Positions 1 to 13,869 of a stretch of DNA of 64,000 nt are shown piece after piece. The stretch is from Camelus dromedarius (Eukaryota), in the NCBI RefSeq assembly GCF_036321535.1, contig NC_087436.1, forward strand, positions 78,370,001 through 78,434,000, given 5' to 3'. How positions within the stretch are numbered: position 1 is the stretch's first letter; every line of letters starts with the position of its first letter. Below the pieces are notes generated by a model. The model worked only from the letters and a program-made list of their open reading frames with translations, did no database searches and was not told where the DNA came from. The position numbers and the translations under genes are program-made.

Positions 1-2201
1 CATTTGGAACAGAAAAGCCTCCTCTCTCTCTTACAGAATAGACAGCGTGGGAGTGAGAAGCCCGGTAAAATGTGTTTTCGTAAAGGTAGGTAACTGATTC
101 CCCGTCTCTGCCAGTGGGAAGTGGGAAGGTGGAAAATGGAAATTTGGGAATAAGGCAAAGATTTCTTGACCTCAAGAGCCAAAACTGGGATTTGGGGTTT
201 CAGCAATCTTATGTCTCGAGATCACTGCCTTTTAGAGAAATACCGCTGCTCTTTTCAAGTACTGTTTCCTCTCCTCCGTCTGCGGACCGTGCCATTAAGC
301 CCAGGTCTGGCAAGTGCATGGAAGCTCTCTCTTCACAATCTCCACACAGTATGCTTATCTTTATAAACAAAAGATAGACACTCAGTTGTTTGAGACAAGA
401 AATTGAGTCCCTTTACATCTAGACCATCAAAAGGCACTTACACCCAGTCAGACTGAGATAAATGCTAATCAATGCTAAGTACGCTCTATTTAATATAAAA
501 CTGGTACTCGGATTAAAGGGCAGGGAGGACCCGGGTTTGTGGTGTCCGACGCTGCCTTTTAATCTTTATTATTTCTCAAATGATGGCTTTGATTTGTTGA
601 AGTGTTTTATGGCCTTGAATATCTGACAGAATAAATTAAACCCTTTCTAAGAGCCTTCCCTTGATTATCCCAAGTACCCACTATCGATAAGACTGTCCTC
701 TACATCCAGCTTGAAAAAAATCATAAAATTGGCTCCATTAAAATAATTAGGACCCCCTACCTTCATTTTAAGATTTAGCCTCTACATATTTACAGCACTG
801 CTATTTTATTTACGTCTTCACACCCTTGGAACAGGGTGACCGTTTCTATTGTGTGGCACACATATTATTTAAGACATGTAGTTTCCAAATGTCACTGGTG
901 AAAACTGAAATCCATTATCATTTCCTCCCAGAAATGAAGCCCATCATGCTGTGCACTTGCAGAAAAGAATAAAGAGACTTAAACCAGAATCTGCATAATC
1001 CCAGGTAGAGGCAGGAGCAGCAGCACAAGAAGGGGAAAAAAATAAAAAGGAATCATCTCTGATATGCAAACTCTGGGGAAAAAATGGCATATATTACAAA
1101 TCAGGCCATGTGAATGCAGAGGACCCAAGAATATGCTCAAATAAGTACACACGTTGTAATGAATCTGTTCAAGGCATTGATGATCATTTTCTAAGCTGTT
1201 TCCACAAATTTCCTCAGATGCATATATGCACAATTCTGCAGTTAAAATACAGCTGCCCTTCCTTCTATTTTCATCTTGGAAGACAATGTCAGATACAATG
1301 AAAAACGCTGTCTTCAACCCTATCCAAAAAGATCCTCCTCAGAGAATATTTCTTTCACGTGTTATTTCCAAGTAAATTTCTAATATCATTCATATGCCTG
1401 GATGAAAAAATATTTATCATATTAAGTGAAAGAGGAAAACAGGGGAATAAGGAGGTGACTGAACACATGCCCAAGGTGGAGGGGGAAACATCCTATATTT
1501 TCTAGAACGCTGCTCAAACCAAAAGGATAGAAGGGGAAATGTTGCACTGTTTCTTCTGTTTCTTCTAACAATAGCTCATTTTCAAAAATGGAACTCAGTA
1601 AACTGTTAGCCACTAAAATGATAACCATGAAGATTATGTAAAAAACACAGAAAAGCACCTACAAAATGTAAGAGCAGAAGAAAACATGGAATTGTCTATT
1701 CTATTGTTGCCACCCTGAGGATCTATATAGCGGTAATTATTTATACCTACAGAGAAAAGATCATAAAAAAGATCATAAAATGTACACACATATGACAATC
1801 ATCACTTTTGTGTAGGAGAGTGGTAGCAGTTAAGGATGGATTTTTTTTTCCTTACTCTTTATAGGTCATTTCTAATATTTTTACAATGAACATATACTGC
1901 TTTTTAGTTTAATTTAATTTTTTTAATTTTTGATCCAACAGGCTGAAACCCTCCCTAAACCCTAACTCCAACTTCTTTGTAGGGAAAATTATTTTCTCAA
2001 AGCGTTGAATTCACAAGACTAGGAGAAAATACTACTGTTTGGGGCTTAGTATCTCTGCTATCCAGTACCTGTTCAAAATGAATTTCTTAAATTGGAAAAG
2101 GCCATACCTGCTGGGAGAACTTGGGAAGAATGAGTAAGGCAACCCAGGAAGGAAAGTACCAGGTACAGTTGTGAGCTTTCCTGGATGTTTGCTCATAGCA
2201 C

Positions 2202-3230
2202 TGATGGAGTTCAGAACAACCTACCCCCAAATAGGGCATATTGAACATTTTAAGTCGAAAAAACTTGAGAAGTAGCACATGCAGAAGGGACTTTCTGAAC
2301 TTCCCCCGAAGTAGGTCACAACACCCTCATGGGAGAGGGGCCCTCCCTATGCTGGGAGGAAAGGGACATCCTTATCTCCAAGATGGAGGGACGCTGAAAG
2401 GAATCTGAACAGGCCATGCTCTTTCCCCCAGCATAGCCCATATTGTTGTCTTATCACATTTTCCCATGACTTTTCACTCTTCATCAAACCTAGAGTGAAA
2501 ACACTCTGGTTTAACTATTTCTTTAAGACTTTTTTTCCTTATCAAGACTCTTGTATCATGTAAAAATTACATTAATATATTTGATATGTTTTTCTCTTGT
2601 TATTCTGTCTTGTTATAGGGGCCCCAGACAAGAACTTAGAAGGGTAGAAGTGAGACAGAAGGGAAGGGGGCACAGCACAACCATTAAAAGAATGACACAG
2701 CAATTGAGGATATGACATAAACTGGTTAGAACCAACTTGGCCCAAGATGGCAGAAGATATGACTTCCAGTAGACCTTGAGCTTCATTGTACATTCACTGT
2801 AATTCATTAGCATACTAAATGACTCACCCACAGGTGCCGTGACAGTTCCAAGGCTAACCATAGAAGGTCAAAAAGTGGGTAGTGGCCGATTTCCTGGCAA
2901 TCCCCACCCCTCCCCCCAAATAGTTGTGATAATCCTCCCACTTGTTAGCATATGAAGTTACCGAACCCATAAAAACTAACCACCCCATAACTTCTAGTCG
3001 CTCTCTCTTGCCTTCTGAGACGGCCTGCACTCTGTCTATGGAGTGTGTATCTCCCTGAATAAATCTATTTTTATTCGACTACAGCTCACTCTTGAATTCC
3101 TTCCCGTGGGAAGCCAAGGATCCTCACTTGGCAGGGTGCGTCCCAGAGACTTGCAAGAGACCTGGGACACCACCATCTTCTCATACCCTCTTCTCCTGCA
3201 ACAGAAGGAAAAGATACTTTCCCCCCCATA
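2202..3230 (+). mobile_element. ERV1-class solo LTR (MER34/MER39-like), interrupted by a younger LTR at 2651-3203
   Basis: Starts TGATGGAGTTCAGAACAACCTACCCCAAA, resembling MER34/39-group LTR starts (from recall). Ends ...GGAAAAGATACTTTCCCCCCCATA. Flanked by the degenerate 4-bp TSD GCAC/GCAT. Confidence 0.7.
2651..3203 (+). mobile_element. Younger ERV1-type solo LTR, 553 bp
   Basis: TG...CA termini (TGAGACAG...CTGCAACA), a perfect 4-bp TSD GAAG at 2647-2650 and 3204-3207, and AATAAA at 3058-3063. Confidence 0.85.
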
Positions 3231-6200
3231 GCATCATGAAGAAAAACTATATTAGCATACCGTGTTAAGTCCAAATCATTTCAGAAAAATATCTAAGTAA
3301 TAGTAGAAGGAGCTCATCCCTTCCCTCACCACAGCATCCCTCAGCACCGGTCTACATCAGCTTAAAGTGAGCTGCTTTCCTTCCAATAAAGTGTTCCAAA
3401 GCAAGGAGCGGCAGGAGGTAATACTGGAAGCTTTATTAACATCTGAATAAATGTGAGTGGCTATGCTACTCACAAAGCTGAAAGATTAATAATAATTGAT
3501 TAGGCCAGGCACCACAGGGTACCACGCTCATCTGCTCTTGTGAAGTTCCATCAGTGTTCGTACCCTTTGCACTGTTCCCTTGATAACAAAGACAAGAATC
3601 TCTTCAACAGAGACTGTCAGCTGTGACAAAATCAGGGATGATTTCTCACTTGGCAAGTGTCTTTTAGAAAATAATCATAGTAAAAGAAAGCATGTTTGAC
3701 GTTTAGGGGGAAAAAATGTAGCATTCTTGTTTAAGTATCTACACATAAATTAACCAAATAGTCACAAAGAGTCAGTAACACTAAAATGAACAATACTGAT
3801 ATGTAAACAAGTTGCGAAAAAGCATAGAAATCTGATAACCAAATTCTCAACCCTGTGTGTCTACAGCATCGACTGAATATTCAAAAACGTGAACTAAATA
3901 CCTGAGCATGTGATGGTAAAAATGACAGACACTCTAAGCAAAGCCAGTTGGTACTTTTCCATGGATAATTTGCAGAATGGAAAAAATACTTTTGGAGGAG
4001 GGTGAAAACACATAGCTTGTTATGTATTTATTTACTAAAATTAAAATGAAGGACAACCAACATACGAAAGTACCTAATCCTGATTTTTGCAATACAGTTT
4101 CAGTAGAGACTGCGGGCTCACCAAAGATTCTACCAGCTCCTCAACACAAGAAAAAAGCAGCCCCATCCCTGGGTCTCTATTTGAAGGAAAGTGTCTCGAA
4201 TCACAGCAGCCTTTGCATGAGCCACTGTTGTGTGAAACCAGCTAGGATTCGGGGATTGGGCGTTCCCACAGCTGGATCTAGCCTGCTCTGACTACAATAG
4301 TCAGCTCTGACTTTTCTTTGCTTTGATCAACATTAACTTTTCTTCTGCTCTGCCATAAAACTGATAATTCAAAAAGTGAATAATGCTGATTTTTAATAAA
4401 TATGAGAAGCAGCAAGGGCTATCTTAAATATTTAAAATTTTAATACACATCATATCAATTGATATTAATTGGTGTCCATGGTTAAAAAAAAAGTTTCATC
4501 ATTAAGTAAGGTTTGGAAATAGAGATATCCCTTCCTAGAGATTTAAAATGTAAAGTCATATGTTAAAGGCTCTGAAAAGTTCTACAACAAAGAAATAGGT
4601 GTAACTTTGCTCAATCCAGCATTTTTCAAGTGAATGAACTATATTTCTGTGAAAAAGAGCTTAGGAAATGATACATCCTATTCCCCCACCACCCAAAAAG
4701 AACTGGTTTGCACACTAATAAAATCTGCCTCCAGTTATGTTTGAAATTTATTTGATTTTCCCAAGTAAATATCACCTGGTGAGTAAAGAGAATGATAGAT
4801 AGTCAAGATCTTTGACAACAGTATACCCCAGACATCTGTCAATCAGAATGGCCTCTGGGTCCTAAAGACCCCCTATTGTGCCAAGCTGGATTCTTTAATA
4901 AATCATTTAATTGCTGGGTCATAGGGAGGTCCACGATGCTGAGGGCAGTAGAAGGGGTAGGTACTCAGAGCAGCAGCCATACACCAACTGGTACAGTTGA
5001 TATTTTACATCCAGTACTAACAAAATAGCAATTCTACCTAAGAGTTAAGTGATAGATAACTTATTTGCTCTAAGATTATGATTTGAACATTTCTTCATTT
5101 TCACTTGCCTAAAAGGCTTAAGTCTTGCTTAATCATTTGCTTCTGAAAACCTTTTATTTTTCAGTGGGTAGTCAAAAAATTTAACAGGTGTTGAAGTCCA
5201 GAAAATGTTTAATAGGCATCTATCATGTGACAGGCACTGTGGTAGGTGTTTTCATAAAATTAAACCAGAAAACATATTTTTCTGTAGTCTAGGACACAAT
5301 AACACATTTAATTGATACATACTTGTAGACTTAAATATTTGACAATGCAATAGTCTAACCGGGTATTTGACAAAAGTAGTTCAAAAAAATATTTTAAGTC
5401 TGTTTTGTTGTATTGAAACTAAAGACATAGTATGAAGGCCTATCTAGTATACTTTTCCTTGTATGAAAAACTGTTTGGTTTTGTTGAAAGAGTATCTGAA
5501 AATAAATCTTATTTTGTAGGTAAAAGAGGTTTATGGAAAGAATATTGTTAAAGGTTATGCTACTCATAAAAAAAGAAATGTGCCAGAGGATTCTTTAGAA
5601 ATTGATTCTCCTTACCACCTGGCATCAACTTGTGGAACTCTGTTTTCAATAAGAAGCATTCTTTTTTTAATTTGGAAATGTTCTGGAACATTATAACATG
5701 TATTTGGAATGGAGTGAAGCAGGAGTCAATTCAACTAATCTTTCGCACCTCCTTGACAGCCAAAAATTCGTATCTATCTACCAACAAGATATTTTAAGCC
5801 CTGTTTTGGATCTAAACATCTAAGAAAATGAAACATTCATATGATGTTTCAGGACACTGTTTTAAACAGAGTCCTTTGGGTGGCTGAGCTGATCAATAAT
5901 GACCTAAAATATTTCTCAAAAATCTCAGCCACTATCAAATTTAATTTATGTAAAAGAAGAACATGACAGCACTGATCCAAGAATCAGTCTTGGCTTTGAC
6001 AAAAAGCTGTTGTCAGTGTTTACTTCTAGATCCTTTAAAAGGAAGGCAGAGACTTGGGCGTTATTCCAGAGAAAGGTGAGTCCTGGATTTTACCAAATAG
6101 GAACTCACTATCTTCCTCCATGTTTACTCTTGATTCTTCTTTACTTCATTCCTTAGATTCTAATAAAATTCTGATTTATTTTTCACTCAAATGCCCTTAA

Positions 6201-6939
6201 CAAACAAAGGGAAAACCCAATCCTAATGGCTGAATAGTTCCATCATCATTTATTAATTCTGAGTCTGTTGGGAGCTTTATTCCACTTGGGTTATCCCAGT
6301 TTATAACCCCTTGGTCCAAAATACAAGCCCAGATTCTGTCATCATAAAAGATGATGAAAAAGTTCTTAATCAGTTCTTGTGGGATAAGCTACTCAGATCT
6401 GTTGTTTTGCCAGGGTCTGTAATCTTTTCTGTTTAAATTACAACTCAGAGTTCAGGAAGTGTTTTCAGATTAAACAGAATTAGATTTAAAATTCTGACTC
6501 AGGGGCACATCCCTGACATAATTAGCAGTTAAAATCAATATGGACCCCTATTGTTAGGTGATTACTGAGATAATCCTCAGCTCTAATGCAATATGCTGGG
6601 TGAGGTAGTTCCCATTTATGTAATTTATACTCTATTGCAAATTCTTTGCCTTCAATTGGATTTCTTTAATATAGTACTTCTTTATATCCTTTTAAAAGTG
6701 TCAAGGAAACATAGTGTACCTATTTATATAATAAATCAATAGTTCCATCACCATTTATTAATTCTACATTTGCTGGGAGGAACTGGGATGTTAAGATAAA
6801 TTGAATTTCTTATTGACTGAGAAGAAACCAGAAGATAATTGGTTAATAACTTGGAAACCTTTCTAAAATGTACATTTACTTCCAGTTAAACATGATACAT
6901 TGAACACCTTCTGATACTCCACTTTCAGGAAAGACCTTC

Positions 6940-8310
6940 CAAAAACAGAAGACAGAAACAAAATATTGGAGGATGGAGAGTAGACAAACAAGTGATCCTG
7001 ACTTCGCAGACCTGAGAAAATTTAATCTTAAAACAGCAGTGAAAGAAACCAGGAAACCAACCAACTTTACTTCCTCAGAATGATTAAAAGACTCAGCAGA
7101 GTAACCATATACCTCCAAAAGACTGGGTAATTGGGCTGGGGTTAAAACAGGACGACTGACTGGGCACCTGCGTAAGACTGCTCTAGTTATCACCCCACAC
7201 CTGCAGAGAACTCCAAATCCACTCTCTGGAGATGGGGAATGGGAGGGACTGTGGGCTAGCGGACACCAGGGACACAGAGAATAAGGGGTATCACACTAAA
7301 GACGGGGGGAGTACATAAAAGCCACATATTAGAAGGTGAGATTCCCCGTGTCTCACTCACGCTTGCATCCAGAACTCACGTAGCTAGCCTTATATCTTTC
7401 CCAACAGGCAGGAGTTTGGGAGTTTGGGAAATTTCTCTTTGGAAAAACTCAGGCCCAGAGAATGGAGCCACAGGTATTGATGGTGGGGAAATGCAGGAAG
7501 AGGCAGAGGCAACTGAAGTGGCCTCGTCTAATCACCCTCCACTAAACCCTTCCATTGACCAGTCACGCACAGAACTGCCAATCAGAATTTTAGTGCCCCC
7601 TTCTTAAATATGTAAAACAGAATGGGGCAAATAAAATTTTCAAAAAAACCTATCTAAATGTGGACTTTCAAAAATGCTGAGAAAAGAAAACTTTAAAAGC
7701 CCATCCCTAATGTTCTCTGATTGATAAGAGAAGATACTGAACTAAAACAAAGAAGGAAAAGAGTCTATGAAAGAAGCATTGTCAAAGAGAAGCTGCACTG
7801 GACAGTCAAACAAGCGAGGAAAACTTTATTCAGGATTACTGCAACAAGGACCATGACTATTTGCAGTTGCAGAGAGAGATTGAACTCAACTCCAAATACA
7901 CTAGGGACGGCTGGGGATTTACAGCCGGTGGGCAGGATGAGGGAGTCCGGCAGCAGATGGGAAATTGCTAAGAAGAAATTTGTTAGGTCTCAAAGGGGTT
8001 GGAGGGGGGGTGAGGAATTTGATTGGATATCAAGGGTTGGGGGGATTCTCACTAAACTGGCTTAGCAGGATTCTCACTAAAATTGGGCCAGCAGGTCAAG
8101 GAGAGACATGTCAAGAAGAGGGCTCAGCAGAGCCTGACTACTGTTTTGTCAAGGAAGGAGTCTTTGTCATCATTCAAAAATAAAAAACTAGTTTTGGGGA
8201 ATTAAAAATATGATAGCAAATGTAAAGATTTTAGTATGAGAATTGGGAGATAATAAGTAAAACAAAAAATACAACAGAAAATGGAAAAGATAAGAAAGAT
8301 AATCAGACAG
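6940..8310 (+). mobile_element. Old L1 5' region/ORF1 remnant, split by the LTR at 7780-8169
   Basis: A-rich, L1 ORF1-like sequence on both sides of the LTR. Boundaries are approximate. Confidence 0.5.
7780..8169 (-). mobile_element. ERV1 solo LTR, MER31/MER67-like
   Basis: The minus strand begins TGACAAAGACTCCTTCCTTGACAAAACAGTAGTCAGGCTCTGCTGAGCCCTCTTC and ends ...TTTGACA. AATAAA is present on the minus strand. Degenerate TSD GCAT/TCAT. Confidence 0.75.
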
Positions 8311-8724
8311 GTACTCCTGCTCCTTGCCTACCCTCCACCACCGGCACAGTGATGGGCTGACAGGTTCCCAGAGACACAACAGAACAGGGTCTCTAAGGAG
8401 GTATCTTCTCTCAGGGGCTGGCCTGCCACTCACTGAAGGTCAGCCAGGCAGTCAAGCCCTGGCTCAGAGTGGGTCCAACAGCATGTCACAGGTTCCTCGT
8501 TCTTGCTCTCTGTGTATAATGTGCTTCCCCGACCAACCCCATAATTAAAATATCAAAAACTCATGATGTCACCCACCAGAGAGCCAAAGGAATGAATTTA
8601 AATTTTCAAACACTCAGACATGATAATTACAGCCTTTGCAATACTTTGAGGTTTGCAGGGTAAATGACCCCAGTTAAAGCACTGATTTCTTATTTGAAAT
8701 CTCTCCGTATTTCTTTTAAACCTT

Positions 8725-9231
8725 TATATCCGTTTTCTACTGTGGCTGTACCAAATTACCAGCAACTTACTGGCTTAAAATAATATAAACATGTTATCTT
8801 TACATATCTGTAAGTTAGAAGTCCAACACAGGGCTCACTGGGCTAAAACCAAGGTGTTGGCAGGGCTGTGTTCCTTCCCAGCAGCTTTAGGGGAAAACAC
8901 ATTTCCTTGTTTTTTCCAGCTTCTAGAGGGAGCCTTCACTCCTTGACTCATGACCGTTTTCTACCCGCAAAGTCAACAACAGATCTAGTCCCTCTCAGAT
9001 CACATAGCAATGACTTCTGCTCTCCTCTTCCACTGTTAAGAAGGATCTTTGTAATTACAATGAGACCACTCGGATATTCCAGGATAATCTCAACATTTCA
9101 AGGTCATCTGACTAGCAACTTTAATTTCATCTACTACCTTAATTCCTCTTTGCTATGTAACATAACACATTTACAGGTTCCAGGGATTAGGACATGGACA
9201 TTTTTGGTGGACCATTATTATGCCTGTCACG
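8725..9231 (-). mobile_element. MaLR solo LTR (MLT1C/D-like)
   Basis: Typical MLT1 motifs: TGGCTTAAAA...AGAAGTCCAA, TTCCAGCTTCTAGAGG and GGGATTAGGACATGGACAT. Confidence 0.85.
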
Positions 9232-9714
9232 TCCTTAGTAAAATTAATTCCAAAAATCTCCCTTTTAAAAAATGTTGTTCTGGAAACATGTAGCAGTAAT
9301 AGTTATTTCAAACATTGCTTATTAAATTGGAGTATTAACAACATGTGATATTAGATCTGTGTATTAGGCCAACAATTAACTTGAACTGATACTGGTAATC
9401 GATGTCTGTAATCTCAAGGAAAGTAAAAGAAAATAACCACACATAGGAGTTTTGTGTGGCAGTCAAAAATACCAATTAATTCACTTAAAAGAAGTAATTT
9501 CTAGAGAAAATATAAGAAAACACAAATGCTACATGGATAATATGGAAACAATATTTTTCAGTTACTGATCCTGGAAGCACTTTGCCAATCTGAACTTAGT
9601 AAGCCTTCTAGGCGGCAAAATAGTTCAATCCCTACAGGTTGGGCCTCACTCAAAACTTGATCTCTACACTTCCTGAACTGATGTTAGGCTTCTGTTAAAT
9701 CTGACTCTTTAGTG

Positions 9715-9830
9715 AGCATTAGTATCATCTGAGGTGCTTGTTAAAAATGCAGACTCCCAAATGCCACGACCACAGACTGTGATCCAGTAGGTCTAATGGG
9801 GGCCTAAGGAATCTCTATTTTTAATGCACG
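9715..9830. mobile_element. MER5-type hAT-Charlie DNA transposon fragment
   Basis: GCTTGTTAAAAATGCAGACTCC...GTAGGTCT...GGAATCTCTATTTTTAA, a MER5 signature. Confidence 0.7.
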
Positions 9831-9881
9831 TAACAGAATGTTAAAATGGCAGCATCTCTATGTCCATTTCAACTAAAGGGT

Positions 9882-10370
9882 CATATCAAATAGGATCCCA
9901 GCAGGAAGCAGATGGCACCCTGAAGCTGGGTAACATGAAGAGAGTTTAACAAAGGGAGGATTTACAAAAGGTATGGGCAGAGTATAGCAAAACCACAAGG
10001 GGTGATGCAGTGGCCCTAGTCTAGTAACAGCATGGCACCTGTCAACATCCCTATACCCAAAAACACAAGGGAAGGGAGCTGTCACCAAAATCAGTGAGAA
10101 GAAGAGTTGGGTGGAGAGGGCTGCCTGACAAACAGCCTTGGCTCAGGGATGCAGGCAGCCCAGGGAGACCAGGAGGAAGGGCCAGGGGATTACTAACCCA
10201 CCTTACTCTTCTTCCTGGCTTCTCCCCAGACTCCCTGCTGACCAACTCCACAGGAAGCCAGCAGGCAAGGGAGTCCACTGGTAAAATCCATATTGATCAG
10301 TGTCCTGGGCCACACAGGAGGATAGTAGAGATGGAGGGTGGGTCTGGAGGGACACAGGCACCAACACAAT
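9882..10370. mobile_element. ERVL solo LTR (LTR33-like), copy 1
   Basis: GGATCCCAGCAGGAAGCAGATGGCAC...GAGAGTTTAACAAAGGG...TTTACAAA. Similar to the elements at 24.1 kb and 60.5 kb. Confidence 0.65.
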
Positions 10371-11009
10371 AGATATCAAAGCGAGCATAAAACACACCTG
10401 CTCACCGACCCTTCTATGCACAGAATTTATGAAAGAAATGTTTCAAACCAGTTCCATGACATCAAATGCCTCATCTGTACAAGGAAATAAAATACAGTCA
10501 GAATACGAAAAGAGAGTGGGGCTCTCATGCGACCACTCCCAGAACCTGCAATGTATTCCTGGTCATGGAAAGACACAGGGATCCACATAATCTCTGAAAA
10601 AGTGAAAGTGTCCTGAAGTCACAAAATCTTGTTGGCTGGGGGCTATGATCAGTATGTGCTCTCAGAATTTACAGGTGCAAGAGATGCATGTGTGTTTTCT
10701 TTAGAACAGGTGGGCCACACAAGAAAGAGCAGGCCTCTGATTGGTTTAGGTCCTGCCCAGGAAGACCTCCTAAAGCAAGAATCAGTGGGGAATGGACCTG
10801 TGAACAAAACCAGGTAGAAGAAAAAGCTAAAGCTGCACTTAGATTACATGTCACACTTAATCACTGAATCGGTCATATTAATAGAGTGATTCTGATTCAG
10901 GTGGTCTGGAGAACGTTTTTGTAAACCACTGCTCTAGACTATTTAAATCTGCCTGGATATGATAAAACAGACAGGACAAAAGATGATTCACTATGGTGCT
11001 CTTATTCTT

Positions 11010-11275
11010 GGTATTAAGAACTGAATGGAGTGGTTAAAAACCTAAGTTCTATGTGCAGATCAATTGTAATAAAACCACTTCTCTGCTATTTATAACCTGG
11101 GTGATCTTGGGCAAGTTACCTAACTTCTTTAAGTATCAAGGTCGCTACCTACATGTAAAATGAGTATAACAATAGTACATACCTCCCAGTATTGGGAGGA
11201 TAAGACAAGGTAATCCAGGTTCCTTTACAGAGTGCCTGGTACTCAGTAATACATAGTAGCTATTTTTATTATCCA
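11010..11275 (+). mobile_element. MIR SINE
   Basis: MIR core GTGATCTTGGGCAAGTTACCTAACTTCT...TGTAAAATGAGTATAACAATAGTAC. Confidence 0.8.
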
Positions 11276-13026
11276 AACATTTATTATTTATTATAACATT
11301 TATAAAGTTATTACTATATGCCATATTTAAATGTTGATATGCAAATAACCAAATTCTAGTATAAAACCCAATTTATCTAAACTCATCCTCCTTTTGTTTC
11401 CATAGAACATTTGTTTTACCCTCTTACACTCAAAATGTTAATAAATACAGACTTTTGATACATGAGTCTTACTTACTGGTTTTCCTACAAGGAAAGGTAA
11501 TAGGTTAGTTGGTTAGTAATCATTACTCAGAGCTCAGTTTGGACTAAAAGCCATATTAAATGCAGTGAGAAGCATTATTATTCAAATCAAAAATACACGT
11601 GCTGAAGGGATTTTGCCCCAGTGGCACCTCAGAGGGAATAAACAGCTTTAATAGAAAACTTCCTGCAGGAATTGAGTTTGAGCTAGATAAGAATGGAGAG
11701 ATTAACTCTTACTAACAAAGCTGACACTAGGAGGCTTTTCAGGCAGCAGACAATAGCCTGGCAAGGGTGGGGAACTGGGAATTAAACAATCCTGAGCTGG
11801 GTACCACACATGGCGAGACTCAAGAGGGGAGCACATGGGCTGTACTGGGGACAAAGCAGTGAGGTCAGAAAAGGAGAAAACCTCTCCTGGACGTAAATCA
11901 CCCAAGTACATCAAAGTCCACCTGTGCACAAAAATCTGTGTGATAGCAGTAATTTCTAGTTTCCAAAATGAGAGCTTTCTGAAAATTAAGAGAAAATCGT
12001 TACTGTAAGGGAGAGTATAGGTCATTAATGATCACTGCTGATGGAAGTTCAGCTATTTCTGTGGCAGAACACGGAACACAAGGAAGACATGTGGGAATTA
12101 ATTACATCTTTCTGGACTTTTAAGAATTTCTCAGATTCCCATTTTCCTCTCCTGTGAATCAGGAAAAATTGCTAATACACTTACCTTTCATGATGAGGTC
12201 TAACAATACACTCCTAATAAGAATGCTTCAGAAAATGCCCTTGGAGTGTGATAGATTTGGGGAGATAATTAATTCTGTCCCCTTCCTTTCTCACTCACCC
12301 CATGCCACTACCAAGCACTACCTCTAATCAATTTTAAACTTGAACAAAAATCTATAAGGTTTCAAGTGACCAGATGACATGTTTATTTCTGCAGTGATTA
12401 ATTTCCTCAAAAAAAAAGAAGAAAAATTCCAAAAGAAATTGGATTGGTTTAATTGACACTGTCTAGGTTTGAAGCTAATGAAAACCCTAAAAAGCTTTTC
12501 AACACCTACATTTCCAATCTGAATGATTTTTAAGACCAAGAAAAACAAGAGGTCGGGGGAAAAAAAGAAAGCAACCCCAGCTCACAAAAGAAGACTAAAA
12601 AAAAAGTGCTCAACATGGTAAAAAGTAAAATCCCTTCATTATTCTAGTGATATGGAATAGAACCAATACCTGAATTTTAAGCTAATGGTGCTGTATCAAA
12701 AATTTTTTAGTAATTTTCATGTTTATAGGGCAAGAAAACAGAAACTGGCTTATGGCATATCTGAAATGCATAAAAATGATATATACACTGTCATCATATT
12801 TGTAAATTAAATAATAAGGAAGCAATGTATCCTAAGCCACAGACAGACACATTCAGAAAAATTAAATGGTTGCATTAAAATAACCCCACTAGCAAGCCAC
12901 CTCCAGCTAGGCTAGTTTCTTTTATCACAATCTAGTTTCCATTTCATTAACCTTTGGGTCAGAGCTTCCAGAAAACTGTTGGCTGTATCTCAAATGGAGA
13001 GATAAATGTGAAAAACACACTGATCA

Positions 13027-13640
13027 GGGAGGAATTCTGGGAATATGATGACAGCCACAATATAGTTTTTAAATCTCCCCAAATCCCCCCATAAAAGCAG
13101 ACAGAGCAACCAGGATACTAAAACCAAAAACTCATGAACAATATTTACATCAAATGGTGACAAACAAATGATAAGATTTCCCTAGGAACCTGAAAATATG
13201 AGCAGATGGGGATAAGCTACCAGCAGCCACAAGAACCATGTGGTATCCCCTGCCATGCACAAGGAAAGAGAAAGAAGCAAAGAGCATCTGATGGATCTGA
13301 GCACAGGAAAACCCCAAAATTGGCAGCAAGTGTTCACGGGGAAGCACCATGGGCCAATGTGAAGACAGTGGTTGAAACTCAGAAGAACTCATTACATTCC
13401 CATTTGCAGTGCAAGAGGTTCTCAGCAACATCTAAAGGGGCTGGGGGAGCTTGGTTCCCACAAAGTCTCAAAACTAACCAAGCAAAGCTCCCTTCCAGAA
13501 GGAAATCCACAGAAGAAAAACTGCGGAGAGGAGATGCCAACTTGAGCAGGACAGGGATAACAGAGACAAAACAAGAAAAGATCCAGATAAAAAGTTGGGG
13601 AAAGAAACACAGATACAGTTAATTCAGGCAAGGTCATCTG
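13027..13640 (+). mobile_element. Old L1 5' UTR-like fragment
   Basis: Starts GGGAGGAATTCTGGGAATATGATG and has the purine-rich composition of old L1M 5' ends. Family uncertain. Confidence 0.4.
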
Positions 13641-13869
13641 GTTGATCCAGTATGGCCATTAAGATGAATCCATTCATCCAAATCTAATACTTCCTCATTT
13701 TTTTATCCAGATGTTTGTTATTATGTAGGCAAAGACTAAGAATACGAAATAAAATGAAGATTAAGAAATGAATAGAGGAATATTACATTTGAATAGTTGT
13801 TTTTTTTTTCCCAACTATATAAGTCTATGAGAAAAACAAGAAAGAGAAATAACATTTCACCTTCGTGGT

